Below are positions 34,608 through 47,513 of a stretch of DNA of 64,000 bases, piece after piece. The translations under genes were made by a program, and so were the position numbers. Below the pieces are notes generated by a model. The model was not told the origin of the DNA, ran no database searches, and saw nothing but the letters and a program-made list of their open reading frames with translations. Each line of letters starts with the position of its first letter. Within the stretch, counting starts at the first letter, position 1. The DNA comes from Microbotryum violaceum (Eukaryota): assembly GCA_001244265.2 (NCBI GenBank), contig CDLV01000005.1, positions 2,604,001-2,668,000 on the forward strand, given 5' to 3'.

Positions 34608-36876
34608 TCAAGCTTTTCGCTTGTCGGCAGTCTGCATGCGCCAGAAATTGGAGAGCACCGTCCAGATGGTGTAAGTGAGAGCGAATATGATCGACGGCAC
34701 GAGGATGCTTAAAGGCGGTCGGGGAGGTAATTGTGGAGGTGCTTGATCGTTTCCACCTCGTGCGCCGCGTGTCGGGGATGCAGATCGCGAAGGATGCGGT
34801 GTGGTGAACGGCGCGTTGAAAGGCAGATTGTCCTCCTCGTGTTCGGTCCAAATACCAGAGTCGCGGCTTGAGGTCGACGAGCTTTGTCGGTCGCGAGGAG
34901 GTCTTGAAGCGGGCGTTGTAGACGATTGGCAGTTGCGCAGTGTAGGTCCTCTTTCGGGCGTAGTTCCAGGCTGGGATGCCGCTGTTGACGAGGACGAAGA
35001 GAAGGTAACAGCGTCCCGATTCTCGGCAAAGGGCTCATAGTCCAGGTCGAGTTCAACGTTATCAAGCACAGAGGTGTTAGGCATTCGGGCACTCGTGGCC
35101 CAGACAACAAGCTCGACGGCACCTCGAGCACCACCGACGACTCGGCCCACGCCAGCGCGCACGTCTTCGATACTGCCTCGCACCCGTCGGCGACTTCCTT
35201 CGATCCCCTTCCTGACCACGACGATGCGCTCGCCGCAGTCGTCGTAAAACGTTAGAGCAATCGACGAGACGAGGACGGAGCCGATCGCCAGACACGCCAT
35301 CGCGCTGATGAGCAAGAACGTCAAAGCATTCAAGACGGGTCCGGCGAAGTGGGGGCTCGTCGTGAGAGCTCGAGACCCGTACTTGGCAGAAGTCGAGGAC
35401 GACGTGGACGCAGCAAATGCTGAAGCGTTGCGACTGTGGGGGTAACTGCGACAAGGTCAGACTCTGCCCTTCAAACAGAGAGGCTGGCATAGTTGAAGCG
35501 ATGACTCACAGAGAGGACGATCGACGCGTTGTAGAAGACTTGCGCACCGAGGGTGAAGATCTCGAGCCAGACGCCTGGTCCAGCGAATGTGCAGGCCTCA
35601 TTGATGACGTCGATGATGACCGAGAGCGGTGGGCTTTGGGCGATGCACTTAGGGGTGACGAGTGCCCGATGAGGCTCCTAAAGCGGGCCGGGGTCGGCGA
35701 AGCCGGAGGATGGACCGTAGTCGCACCGGTTCTGCGGCCAGACCCGAACGTGGGTGAGATCCGCGGTGCCGAAGTCGCAGAAGTTGCGCGCTGTCTGCGA
35801 GTCGAGCTCGAGATTGCGCATGTGGGTGGCTGTCGGCGGTCTGGCACGTCAGAATCTTCTTCTGTGAAGCCCAACATGCTTCTTTCCAAGGTCGGGGGCA
35901 TCGAATAGGTCCACGTGCGATGCTCGGTGCGACGAGTCGTGGTGGTCGTCGTCGTCGTTGAAGAATAGTTGCGCTCGGACGAAACAGCGCGTGATGCTGC
36001 GGCGGCAGCAGAGGGGGACCTCGCTGACGATGCCGCGTAGATGGACGGGCGCGTAGACGAGGCGTCTTCCTCGTCCGAAGTGAGCAAGGGAAATGCGAGC
36101 TTGACCCTGGGCAGGATGGGCGAGGTCGAGTTGAGGTTGTAGCGTTTCTGAAGCGCCTCATACTCGACCGAAATTCGTTCATGCTCGTCTTGCTGTGACC
36201 TGGCTTGCCCACCTGTGGTCCAGTCGACGCCGCCTGGTGTCGCCACGGCGGTCCGGGCGTCGGGCTTCCGTCTCCGTCGCGAGTTTGAAGATGCCGCAGA
36301 AGCAGCCGAGGATTTCGGAGATGCACCACCGCGAGTCATCGAAGTCGTCGTGGTTGAGACTGGGGCAAAGAACCCGTCCACGCTGAGTTTGGAGGTGTGC
36401 GAAGTACCAGTAGCAGCGGAGCGGGTTGAGTGTCGCCGACTCGGGGTCGTCGTCGGCGGTGCGCGCGGCTTGGACGGCGTCGAATGAGTAATCGGCGCGG
36501 CGGCCGCATCGCGATCGTCGCTTTCACGTTGGACTTGGTGCGAGAGAGCCACCCGAGGGGCGTGACCCGACGAGATGGACGCGGGCGTTGCAGTCGCTGC
36601 AGAACCTTGCAGGGACGGGCAACTGCGTTCAGTCGTCGGGGATAGAGATGTAGAGTAGGCAGTGGGGGTCGAAACAGCTGAAGATGATGCATGCGAGCTG
36701 GCTGGCCCACCCTGACTCGGAGCTTCAGCACCGTGCGAGGGGCTCATGCGCCAACTCGTGCTCGAGCACCACGGCTCAGACTCGTCCGGAGGTGTTGCAG
36801 CGTGAGGTAACCGAGTACCATCGTCTTCATGAATTCTTGACCATGATTTTGATGTCGCGGTCGACGTCGACGCCAT
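34608..36876 (-). CDS. Hypothetical protein: Ser/Thr/Arg-rich N-terminus, two C-terminal TM segments
   Basis: The 456-aa exon joins via one GT-AG intron (~35508-35446) to ..AGPVLNALTFLLISAMACLAIGSVLVSSIALTFYDDC..PPRPPLSILVPSIIFALTYTIW. Confidence 0.7.
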
Positions 36877-38632
36877 GGCTGGGCGAGTCGCAGAAGCCGA
36901 CCGATAAGGGGAGCTGAGCGCTCAACTCTAGGCAGGCACAATGAACGTGATCGAGTTTCACATGGGTCCCAGCGCCGACGTTCCAGTCAATGGCCGGGGC
37001 GTCTTCATCACCGTGTTGATGTCGAGCTGTCGGGTGTAGCAATGCTTACAACGAGTTGAAACATTCCCGTTCACGTTCTGCAAGACATGTTTGAATCCTC
37101 AGATTCTCTCCCACCTCCGAGTTCGTCTTCCCGCCCCCACAAAATCATTTTTTTGGAGCTCGAGCCAGTGCCAGAGGTGGAAGCGGGACAACGTGCTCGG
37201 CGTTCGCGCAATATCGTTCAATAATCACGACGTTCAAGCGGTCAGTGTTGACAGGTGGAGCGGCTCTCTTCCTTTGAAAGAGCCTCGAGCTTGAACCGAA
37301 CGTTGGCAAGGATTAGCTAGACGTCAATTTTGCCAATCTCGATGGCTTGCGGGTGGGTCAGCCAACTTGCTCGCGATCTGCCCGCGACTCGGTCCGATCC
37401 TTGCATGTGCTCCATAAGTTGCGCCGGTCCCTTCCTCAGCCCGCACTAGGCAACGTATATCTAGCACCACAGAGAGAGTAAGGAACCTCGATGTGACTTT
37501 CAGGTATTTGACATCCCCTTGGGCTTGCATTAGACGCATTCTCCTAGAGCCGACTGGATATTCACCCACTCGAACATTTCAGGGGTCCAGTCACTGCTCG
37601 CCGGAGCCGTCTCGAAGCGCGGGCACCTTCCGGATCGACGGACGTTGAGGTTTGATTACAGCTCCAGTCGCAAAATTAGTGTTCAGCTGGTGACCCCGAT
37701 GCTGACCTCCGACCGAGTCGGTCGTCTCGCTGCGTCGGCTCTTGAGGATAGGGGGTTGCGCAGCCTCCTTGTCAATTTGACGAAGCTTCCTCAGCGTCTA
37801 GTAGTAACTTCACACGGTCTTTCGATGTCAAGTTTTATCGTAGACCGCAAAGCACGCCTGATTGAGTAGTTCCTTGTATCTCTGGACGGAGCATTGCTTC
37901 TTTCCTCCCTTGAAGTAGGCGGGGAATGGAGAATTGGCGTAATCGTGGGCGACGTCATGGACTTCATAGGTGGTAACGCCAGCTTGCGCTTTTTTGCACG
38001 TCAATTCGTTCATCTTGTGTTTAGAACTGAGATAAAAAAGGCCTCGGCTTCGAGAATATCACCAGACAGGAAGTCAGTTCTGTACAGTGACGACCTGAAA
38101 ATGGTAACTTACGAGAGTTGAATTTGGTGCTTCGCCATCTTTGACCCAGGGAGACGAGAACACGAACTACAGTCAGGGGTCGATAGCAGAGTCAATTATT
38201 GGTGGAGAATCAATTCAAAGGATTCCGCACCGCCGCTGACAGATAACTCGGTGAGCTCCTCCCTATTCGGCGATTAGCGATCGCATTATTCGGCAGCACC
38301 GTGCTCAAACCTCCTGACAACCTGCCACCAACTGTCGCTCGAAGGCTGAAGCTTGAGACGGACAAGCGAGCAAACGTTCGATCGTGCCCGAAGCCCGCTA
38401 TGAACAGTGGAAGCAGGGGTATGAGCAACCTGACCCGCGTGTGAGGCTCGCGACGAATCCTCTCACGGCCGTTCCGGGCAGAACGATGCTCCACGCGGCC
38501 AGTCTCCTAAATTGCCGGTGATTTCTGGTTACACCAATTCTTTAACGATCATCAACCGCCGAGGGGATGATCGTTGATAGTGATCAGGTGATCTATGATC
38601 GCGCCCCCATCGCCAGCTGACCTGCAGAGCTC

Positions 38633-41140
38633 TCCCTCTTTACTACCTCTTTATAAAAAAAAAGGTGAGTTAAGGAATGTACCTAAAATCGCTGTTTTTG
38701 AGTCGGTTGCAGCCCTCCAGGCCGCCTGTGGTGTATGTACCGGCATACTGTTGTGTCTGCCGCACCTGCCTGTGGTGTCCATGTTCCGATCAGAAGTCAT
38801 GTTCCAGCGCTGTGCCGACTTTCCTATTTTTCGTGCCGGTCGAACGAAGCTACAGCGTTCCCAGTATTTTCTTTCTTTTTTTAGTTAACGTCAAGCAATG
38901 CTTACACTTATATTTCATTTAATGGACGGCAAGCGCGTGGCTTTGCATGACATTGCTTCTACAGCACAGCTCCGCCTGGCGCCTGGCGGCTGACGCGCGG
39001 GGCGAGGGCTAATATCTGTCACGTGATGCGGCGCGCCCGCCGTGTCATTGCCCAGTCGACCAGCAGCGTTAGGGGCTGAACAACAAATCAAACCACGTAA
39101 ATAACCCTGCGCCACTCCCTCGAGCCTTTCCTTTCTCCCTCCCACTCTCATCCAATTTTAGTGACACTCATTCAAGAACAAACCTTCGCTACTATGCCCC
39201 GGTCCCAAGGTCGCCAGGGAGGGCCATCGCAACCTCGCCAAGTCTTGGGCGCGAGGATAGCGGCGTACCATGGGCCAGCTCGAGCGCCCGCTGCTGGGCG
39301 CCCCGCGGCTCGACCCTCCTCTTCGTCCCGCTCCGATCAACAGAATCAGCCCCCGGTGCGTTATGACAACAATGCAACCGATCTTGGCATTGCGACACGT
39401 ATACGAGCCCGCCGTGCAGCTGTGCAGAACGGACAGCGTGGTCAGCGCGATGGCCAACTCGACGCTGGGCTCGCCCCACCAACCACCTCCGCAAAGGCGA
39501 GTGCGCCGGGCTCGAATCGCACTCAAACCCCTCAAGCCCCACGTTTTCGCAGGGCAAGGTGCGGCTACCTCCCCCTCCCCAGCCCAATCTCGAGTATCGG
39601 CAGCTTCTTCAAGGCTTGGATAGCGGTCAGTTGCTCCGTCCAACAACATCTCTCTGCAGTATGGCCCACATGCTGAACTGTTCTACCCACCCACACAGAA
39701 GCGGTTGCATTCCGCGAGAATGCCCGATCGTACAACAACGCGTTGTCGTTCACTTCGCTCGCTGCCCTCTGGGACCAAACTCAAGTGGGCACGCTAGGAC
39801 CCCCCGTGTTTCGCGTGTTTGGTCGCCTCTACCATCGACTCGGCGCCCTGATCCCTGCCGTGACTCAACGCCCAACCTTTGCTCAAACATGGCTCATCGA
39901 GCCGGCCGAGGCCACCAACACACAACTTGGGACCCAACGGCGCAGACAGTCGCATACAAAGATCTACGTTGACCAAGCTCGAGTCCAACTTGCGTACCGA
40001 CAATCGCTTTGTAAGGGGCTTTGCATTGGTCAACGCTCGCGCAGGTTGGGATACGGCCAAAGAGTGGATCCTGCGCCTTTGCATACCACTAGGCCAAGGC
40101 CGACACACCCACAACCTTCCTACGTCAAGCACAGAAATGGCGATGCGGTTCTGCGATTCCGACACCAACACGGGAGATCGTGGACCGCAAGACCTTATTC
40201 CTGAGGTGCACGGTGATCGATGTCCCGATGGTCGGCCCAAGTACCAAATCGTTAGCTCGCTCCATCCGTCTGGGATGCCTCTCCGGTACCCACTACTCTT
40301 CCCCCGGGGAAAGATGACTTCCACTCCAGTATTCCTCTTTGCGGTTCGATCAAGTTGAGCCACTCTTCGCCAAAAGACCGCAACAAAGAAGGTGAAGACC
40401 CGGAGGAAGGGGACGAAGAGAATGGTGATGGTGAACGTAAGCATCTTTGGCTCCTTCTCGGGTGTTCCATTCTGTTAAGGCCCGAGCACAGAATGATATT
40501 GAGTGTTTGAACACCTACGACGAAGGTCAAGTAAGGGGGGTCAAGGTGGTGAGTCTCGCGTTCACAAATCCTTTGCGTTCTACTTGCACAAACGCGACGA
40601 GCCCGCATGGCACTTAACATCCCTTCCCGGCGTTCGTGATCGAAGGATACTCCCAGGCTGAGACCGATCGACTCAATTACATCCAGTTGCATTAAGAAAA
40701 CCTACGCCTCACCACGACCCAAGGCATCAACGGCTTAACCCCGGACCAAATTGGACGCTCGATGACTTTGGGCTCGATGTTCAAGAATAGACCGCGCGAC
40801 ATCATGCAGCGATACCAGGATGCGATGGCGTGCGTTGTCAAACATGGAAAGCCTCCGCTGCTCATCACGGTGACGTGCGTTCCTGAATCACCGAAAATCA
40901 AGGCTGCACTGGGGCCGAACGACAAAGCATGCAACCGTCCGGATCTCATTGCACGAGTGTTTGAAGCCAAGTCCGGCAGCAAGCGACATGCAGGCTGTTT
41001 CGGCGATGAATGTAGGATGAATGGATTTTGTTTCTTCTTCGTATTGGGTTTTTTAACCTCTGCGCTGAAATTACGTAGACTGTACAATTGTTCTGCTATT
41101 TGAATGTCATCCTCCCGTTAATTTAACGGGTTCCCACTGG
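38633..41140 (+). mobile_element. Internally deleted, decayed Helitron (RepHel N-terminal part only)
   Basis: RepHel motifs GKVRLP, FRENARSYNNALSFTSL, GPPVFRVFGRLYHRLGALIP..PTFAQ, SLHPSGMPLRYPLLFPRG, PRDIMQRYQDAMA..GKPPLLITVTC..NRPDLIARVFEAK. The 3' hairpin CCCGTTAA-T-TTAACGGG (41114-41130) is followed by CTGG|T. The 5' end is TC..TACTACCTCTTTATAAAAAAAAA (exact base uncertain). Confidence 0.92.
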
Positions 41141-41429
41141 TCCCTGAAAACTCGGTTACGCAATCACGTATTCGGTTGAAACGCGGCGAGTATAATACAA
41201 AATAGCTACGACAAGGCCCAAGGTAGGTAGGTATTCAACGCTTGGGTGGTGAGGTTTCAAATCAAAGGGAATCAAGATCTGATGAAACGAAAGAGAAGTC
41301 GGGGAGTATCAAGAGAGTCCATAGAATAAGTCAAAACTGTGAGGTCAATACTAAAGATCTCATTGATGACGTTACTGCAACATGGTAAACAATTGTGGAC
41401 GCGTGCTGAGCTCGGTGTGCATCTACAGC

Positions 41430-44190
41430 CTAGTAATCGCGGGTCTCTCGGTTCTGACTCGACGATCGTCGCGATCGCTTTGAGTTGGATCGCTTAGTAC
41501 GTCGTACGGGCGTGTAACCATTCTTGGTCTCCTCGATCATATCGCGGATGCCCAGGAAGCACTCGGGGACGGCATTAACACCCCAAATCATGTCCATGTG
41601 CTCGTAATCATCGAGGGCCACGACCTTGACGAGGCGGACGTTGGGCTCGTACTCGCGAATACGCTCGACCAAAGGTTTGCCGAGCACGAGTGTGTCCGCG
41701 GTACCGTAGAAGATGGCAAGGGGCGGGAACGAGCGCGGGAACCACGGCTCGGCCGAGTGCGTGTTGAAGATGCAATTGGTGTACGAAAAGTTGGACATGT
41801 AATAGTAGAGCAGCTCGGACGAGTTGGGTAGGCCGACGGTGCGGAAGAACTTGGGCACTTGTCGCCAGAGCCATTGTTGGGTGCCGAATCCGAAGAGGAA
41901 CTGAAAGACGGGAACGGCGACGTGACCAAAGAGCCAACTGGGCAACACGTTTTGCAGGATCGATAAAAAGGGTAGGAACTCGCGAACTTTGCCGGCGTCG
42001 CAAAAGTATGGAGGTCAGATCAGCATGCGGGCTCTCAGATTGCTGGGCTGACGCGGTATCGTCGACGAGCTCACCTCCGAACACAAGGCTCCACAGGCCC
42101 CTGCTTTTGAATTTGCGCATAACCGAGAAAGGAAAGGTGCGAAGCACAGGGCCGGCGTAGACGGAGGGCCCGAGGGCGATGAAAGACGAGAGTTTGTTAC
42201 CAATGTCGGGGCGGATACCGCGCGAGAGGGCCAAGAACATGGTACCGGTACCCTGACTGTGACCGATGTAAGCGGGCTTGACACCGGTGCGACCTACAAC
42301 AAAGTCAACGATGGCGGGCAGGTCGTACATGCCGATCTCCTTGATCGACCATGCCCAATAGCGGGGATCGGAGCGCTTGAAGTGTCGGTGCGGCATCTTG
42401 AAATTGGTGCGAATGTTGCTCACGTAAACGTCGTAGCCCTGGTCGAGCAGCCAGAACGCGAGCGACTTCTCTTCGTTGACCATGAAGGTGACCGAGTTGG
42501 ACAGAATGCCGTGCTGCAAGATGACGGGATGACCGCGGCCCTTGAACTTTTTGTGAATAAGGTGATGCACACGCAACACGAAGCCATCCTCGGTCTCAAC
42601 ATCGAGGGCTTCGCATTCGTGTCCGAAGAATTCGGCGTAGTATTCGGCGCGAGACGAGAAACGTTCGCCGGTGATGCGGAGCTCCCACTCCTTGTCGACA
42701 TCTTTGCGCTTCTTGAACTTGTAGAAGGGGTTGATGAACTTGAAGACGTAAGTGGCGATGGCCATGACGGCGATCAGGTTGAATCCAGCGGTGGTGCCAA
42801 TGAAAGACCCGATCTGGAATCCAGTCAAGACCTGTATTACAAAAGGTCATACGAAGGGAGAGATCAGACGACGCCAAGTTCTTCGACAAGGTCTTCGTTC
42901 CGCTCCGGACGTACGCATTTGCGGAAGAAAGTCTGTGTCGGGTAGTCGGGGACGATGTGGTCGTTGAGGAAGTGGTGGTCCTCGGGATCGTACCCAAGAT
43001 CTTCGGGCTGATTTCGCTGGGGGCGTGCATCGATGCTTTTGGGAGGCGCCAGAAGTATGTTTAAGTCAGCATGCCACGTAGGTGCGGTAGGCAAATGCTG
43101 GCTGGCGCGTCGGCCAGCCAGTCCGCGGATCCAGCTTTGGTTCGCCGCAGAAGCCCTACCGGCTCAGGAAGACTACTAGACCGTCGACTTACTGCTGTCT
43201 CGGGTCCGCGTATCGTCGTTGTTGCTGACTCTTTTCACTGAAGAACCCCGGTTGCTGCACCGCTCCGCTGTAGGAATTAAAAGTATTCGTCGCCGGGCGC
43301 GCGAATACCGTCAGACTCGAGCGAACTCGGACAGGCAGGGCTGACCAGGCTCGGCGACTGACTAGTAGCTCGCAGCATCTTGCTGCTGAGGGTAGTTGCC
43401 GTACGCGACGCCGTCCTTTTCGTTGTAGTCGTTCTGGCCAGCTCTCCCAGAACCTGAGACACCGAAAGCGCTGGTCCCTCCAATGTACTGTCGCCGTCGA
43501 CGGGAGTTGGTAAACGACCGAATCCGGGTTAGCCCCGATTTATGAGCTGGCGGGCCAACGGCGCGGCGAGCTGTCCAAGCCAGCTACGGCCAAGTTCGCG
43601 CGGACGCAGCGGCCAATTCGAGCCGGATCGAACCACGACCAGCTAACATAGATGCAAACGAGACTCACGGCTTCTTCATCCCCTTCCTTGGATATCACCT
43701 GTTGGTGAGACATAAAGTCACCGACGGGATGCTGGCGTTCGTCGCGTGCTTCGGCCTCGAGATCGGCCCTGCTCATGTCGCCGTAGTTGACCTTGCGCCT
43801 CTGGCTCGCCGAGCTCTTGCCCGAACTGCTGAGGGCATGCATGGGAAGTACGGATCAGGGTTTTTTTGTTCTTGTTATCACAATTTGAATCACTGCACTC
43901 GTGTACGACCGTGCGATGCAGCATTGCCTCCACCGCTGCCGCTAGTTCGCGACAGGTCTGACGTCGGACGCCTTCCCCGGCGAACGGCAGCCAGTGGGTC
44001 AATGGCCGGGGGATTGCCGCTCCCCGCGCTCTGCGTCGGCGGAGTCCTGGCTCGCAGCAGCACATGAGGTAGCCTGGGTTTAAACTCACCGACTTCCCCG
44101 CGATAATGGTCGAGGTGGTTCGTCATCGAACGGACCCTTGTTTGTCGCACCGGCTTGGGCTTTGCGTGAGTAGTCGACGAAGTCGGACAT
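41430..44190 (-). CDS. Acid lipase / sterol esterase family alpha/beta hydrolase (Tgl1/Yeh/LIPA-like)
   Basis: VETEDGFVLRVHH; PVILQHGILSNS; SLAFWLLDQGYDVY; YDLPAIVDFV; nucleophile GHSQG; GTADTLV; YEHMDMIWG. The 5' exons can be joined from MSDFVDYSRK at 44190 (start less certain). Confidence 0.88.
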
Positions 44191-44972
44191 GGCTGAGTTG
44201 GCGTGCGCAGGAAGGCAGCCTACGACGTGAGCGCACTGCGCTAGTCATCTAATCATCTCACGGCCCTCAGCAATCTGGGGGCCCACGCGCTCGCAACAGG
44301 GGCGTCGATCGGCTTCAAGTTTAATTTGGCCGCACAAGAACTGGTTAGACACCCCGACTCCACCGATACGCTGCCCGCCCGCGCCATAAACCGTACGTGC
44401 GCCTATACCTTTTCGACGTCCAAAAGGAGAAAAGAAAGATTCATGCAAAGCACAGGGTTGCGTATGGGTATGTCTCAAGCTTGTAGCAACGCCCCCAAAC
44501 CATCCCCAGCTTTCACCCTTTTAACACGAGTGTTTGCAACGCCGGTCACTGACCACGGTGACAGGCGGCCGCGCACGGCCTCGCTTTCCCCTTCGGCGAC
44601 CGGCGAACTTTATCCCGCTCGACCGAGTCGGCGCAAAGCATCCGCGAAAAAGACAAAAAGACGACGGACGGAACCATGATTGAACAAATTCCTACGGCGA
44701 TGGTTGGCAAAATTCACATTCTAAACTCTTATATGGTGGCGCGAGCTCGTGAAAGTCGTGTTGCGGACCGGAAAAATGCTAAGCTCCTGGCCGCCCGTCT
44801 CTCGTCGTCGTCCGTCGGCAGCACCAGCGTCATTGGTCGGGAGAGGGGTGCTCCAAGTGTGAGAGCGCCAGAGCGCTCGCTGCCCAGCGAACGGTTCGGC
44901 GACTCGCGCCTTCTCACGTTTGACTCTTGCCCGCCCATCCACGTCCTCTCGCCCGCCCCTCATATTGGAGTG

Positions 44973-47150
44973 ATGTTTTCTTCAATGAGCCCTTTCACCG
45001 CTGCTAGCAATGCTGGCTATGAGGTGCACCTCTACAAGCCCCGACACACACCTTGGAACCAGCTCGTCGTCGTCGGACTCCACAACGGCGCCTTTGTCGC
45101 CGTAAGCTTTCATTGGGCCTGTACTTGATTTATTCACCGGGATCGGCTTCACTGAACCAAGAATGACCCTTGTTTGATCGATCAGGCGGTTGCCGTCTCA
45201 TTGTACCTCTTTACGCGCCTCTCCAAGGGCCCGATCCGCACGCTCGGTGCGATTGCTGGCATCACCTCGATCCTCGTGTGGCCCTCGAGCCTCGGTTATG
45301 GTCGAACCGGTCTTGTAAGCTCATAATCCGGCTTGTAGCAAGGTTTAAACGAGGAATCTATCTAACATCGAAACTTGACTGCTTGCAGGGTATTGTGGAT
45401 TTCGGATTGCCCGCCTGGGTAAGTCCTCGTCCGTAGCGTGCAAAGGTCTGGTCATACTTTGCTGACTCTCAATTGCGGCACACCATCAACATGCATGATC
45501 AGGGAATGCTCACTTTCTTGAACATCGTCGACGTCTTTTTCTTGCGCTCGACTGCCGAGGTGCACAGCTGGGGACTACGTAAGTTCATCATCGTGGACGC
45601 GGGCTCCTTCGCCGAACCGCGGAGACCTCGGAGGTCGTCATCGGATAATTGGCCGAGGGCCGAGGGCCGACGGCGAACTGCAAGCGCGCTGGGCTGACAC
45701 GCACACACACTCGCTTCATCTTCCCCGTGCCATCGATCTTTGTTGCAATGGGGCCACGACAGCTCGCACCATCGCCCAAATGTTTGCCTACCCCAACGAA
45801 CATGCGACATCGCCTAACCCTCGCCTCGAGAACGTCAAGGCGCTCGGCCTCTGTGCCCTCAAGTATGTGATGGTCAACTTTTTGCTCTGTGAGTCCGCTG
45901 CCCGAGCCCGGCTTCGCCTGGGGAGAGTTGCCCGACGACCAACGACGTAGCTGCCTGCGCGCTTCACCCGGCACAAATGGCTGACGATCGTTCTCGAACG
46001 AATGCCCTGGTCAATAAGACTTCGCCCCTTCTCCCAAAATTTGGGCTCGTATCAAGCCCCTAACGCCTGCCTACTTTCTATATGCCGGTGTCGTTGCCCT
46101 GCTTATTCTCGGTACTCTTGGTTTCTTGATCGAGGCGATTCTTCGCACGCTTGGGTTTGTCGTCAAACCATACCTCGCCGTGAAGAATGACAACTGATCC
46201 CGTGACTTTCGCACGTTTAGCATTTTGCTCGGAGTTGAGATGTCGCCCATGTTCAACAACCCGACCGCCGCCCCCAACATCCGTGAATTCTGGGCTCGCT
46301 GTAAGTTGAACTTTCCTCCGTTTGCAGGCGTACACTACACGCTTGACTGATCATGAGGTGGGCGAACGTAAATCAGGGAACATGGCGATCAAGGACGGTT
46401 TATCTCGAGTCTTCTTCCACTTCAAGGCCCCTCCGAAGCGCAACTCCAAGTCGAGCGCCAACAACGGCAAGCCGAGTGCCTCCTCGTCCGCTGTCAGCGC
46501 CAAAAATGGCCATGAGCTTCGCTCGCGAGGTCGTCCGATTTCCAAGCCCGACTATGTAGGTCTGAGGCCAATCATTATACCAAATTACATACACTGATTT
46601 CGACATGTTCTTCTGATCGCAGCTTGACGAGACCGAAGCTTCGGACAACGCCGCCTCTCGCGAGCCTTCGCCCGACCGCACCCTCGAAAAGAAGAGATTT
46701 AAGCGCAAGGTCGACAGCCCTGCCCAAAAGAAGAAGCCGAGTCCCTTCTTCCCTAAAGCCGTCGCCGCGACCGTCACCTTCGCAGCGTCGGGTCTCTTCC
46801 ACGAATACATGAACCACCTCGCCTTCAACGGCGCATCGGGCGAGACCCTCGCCTTCTTCTTCACCCAAGCCGTCGGAACGATTGCTTATTCCTACCTCAA
46901 ACGCACGGCCCCTGGCTTACTCCGATCCATCCCTCACCCTCTCGCGGTAGCTTTCGTCAACCTCTTCACCTTTGGGATGGCCCCCCTCTTCTGCGCTCCC
47001 TTCTTGCGGGCTGGCTTCTTCGAGGATTTCAAGGCTTTCGGTTTGCTTGGTCCCATTAATGGCTTCATTTGGTTCGCCGGTGATGGCCATGGCAACTACC
47101 TCCCTGCTTTCTTTCCCGTGTGGTTGAGGCAGTTCCTCGGAGGTAAGTAA
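44973..47150 (+). CDS. Membrane-bound O-acyltransferase, wax-synthase/MBOAT_2 family
   Basis: PMFNNPTAAPNIREFWAR|WNMAIKDGLSRVFF; VTFAASGLFHEY (catalytic His); LAFFFTQAVG; multiple TM exons. Confidence 0.85.
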
Positions 47151-47513
47151 GCAGCTGATCCCCTGGTTGTCCAGGAATAACGTCCCCTAAAGTGTCGACG
47201 CCTGCACTCATCGTCAGATCGACGAACCCCTTGCTTCCTCGTGTCAGCTCCGTTTATTGAAGTATTATGATCACGTTACCCAATTATTACATTCTTACCG
47301 CATTCCCTCTTGATATTATAGGTTTTGTAACTCACATTTGTCTGATTCATGGTCACGGAAAAAAGAGCTTGGTTCGAAGGGTGCTGGAAACATCCTTAAG
47401 AGATGACTGAATTGCGTAAGATGGCACAAAACAAAGCAAAAATATAGATCATGGAACTCGTGCCGAGAAGACAGAATACGGAACTGAACAAAGTCTTCCA
47501 CTAGCGGGCCTCC

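Noticed and set aside
34444..34851. ORF with poly(Cys-Ser), metallothionein-like
   Set aside because: It is a translation of the GAACAG microsatellite overlapping another gene's 3' end.
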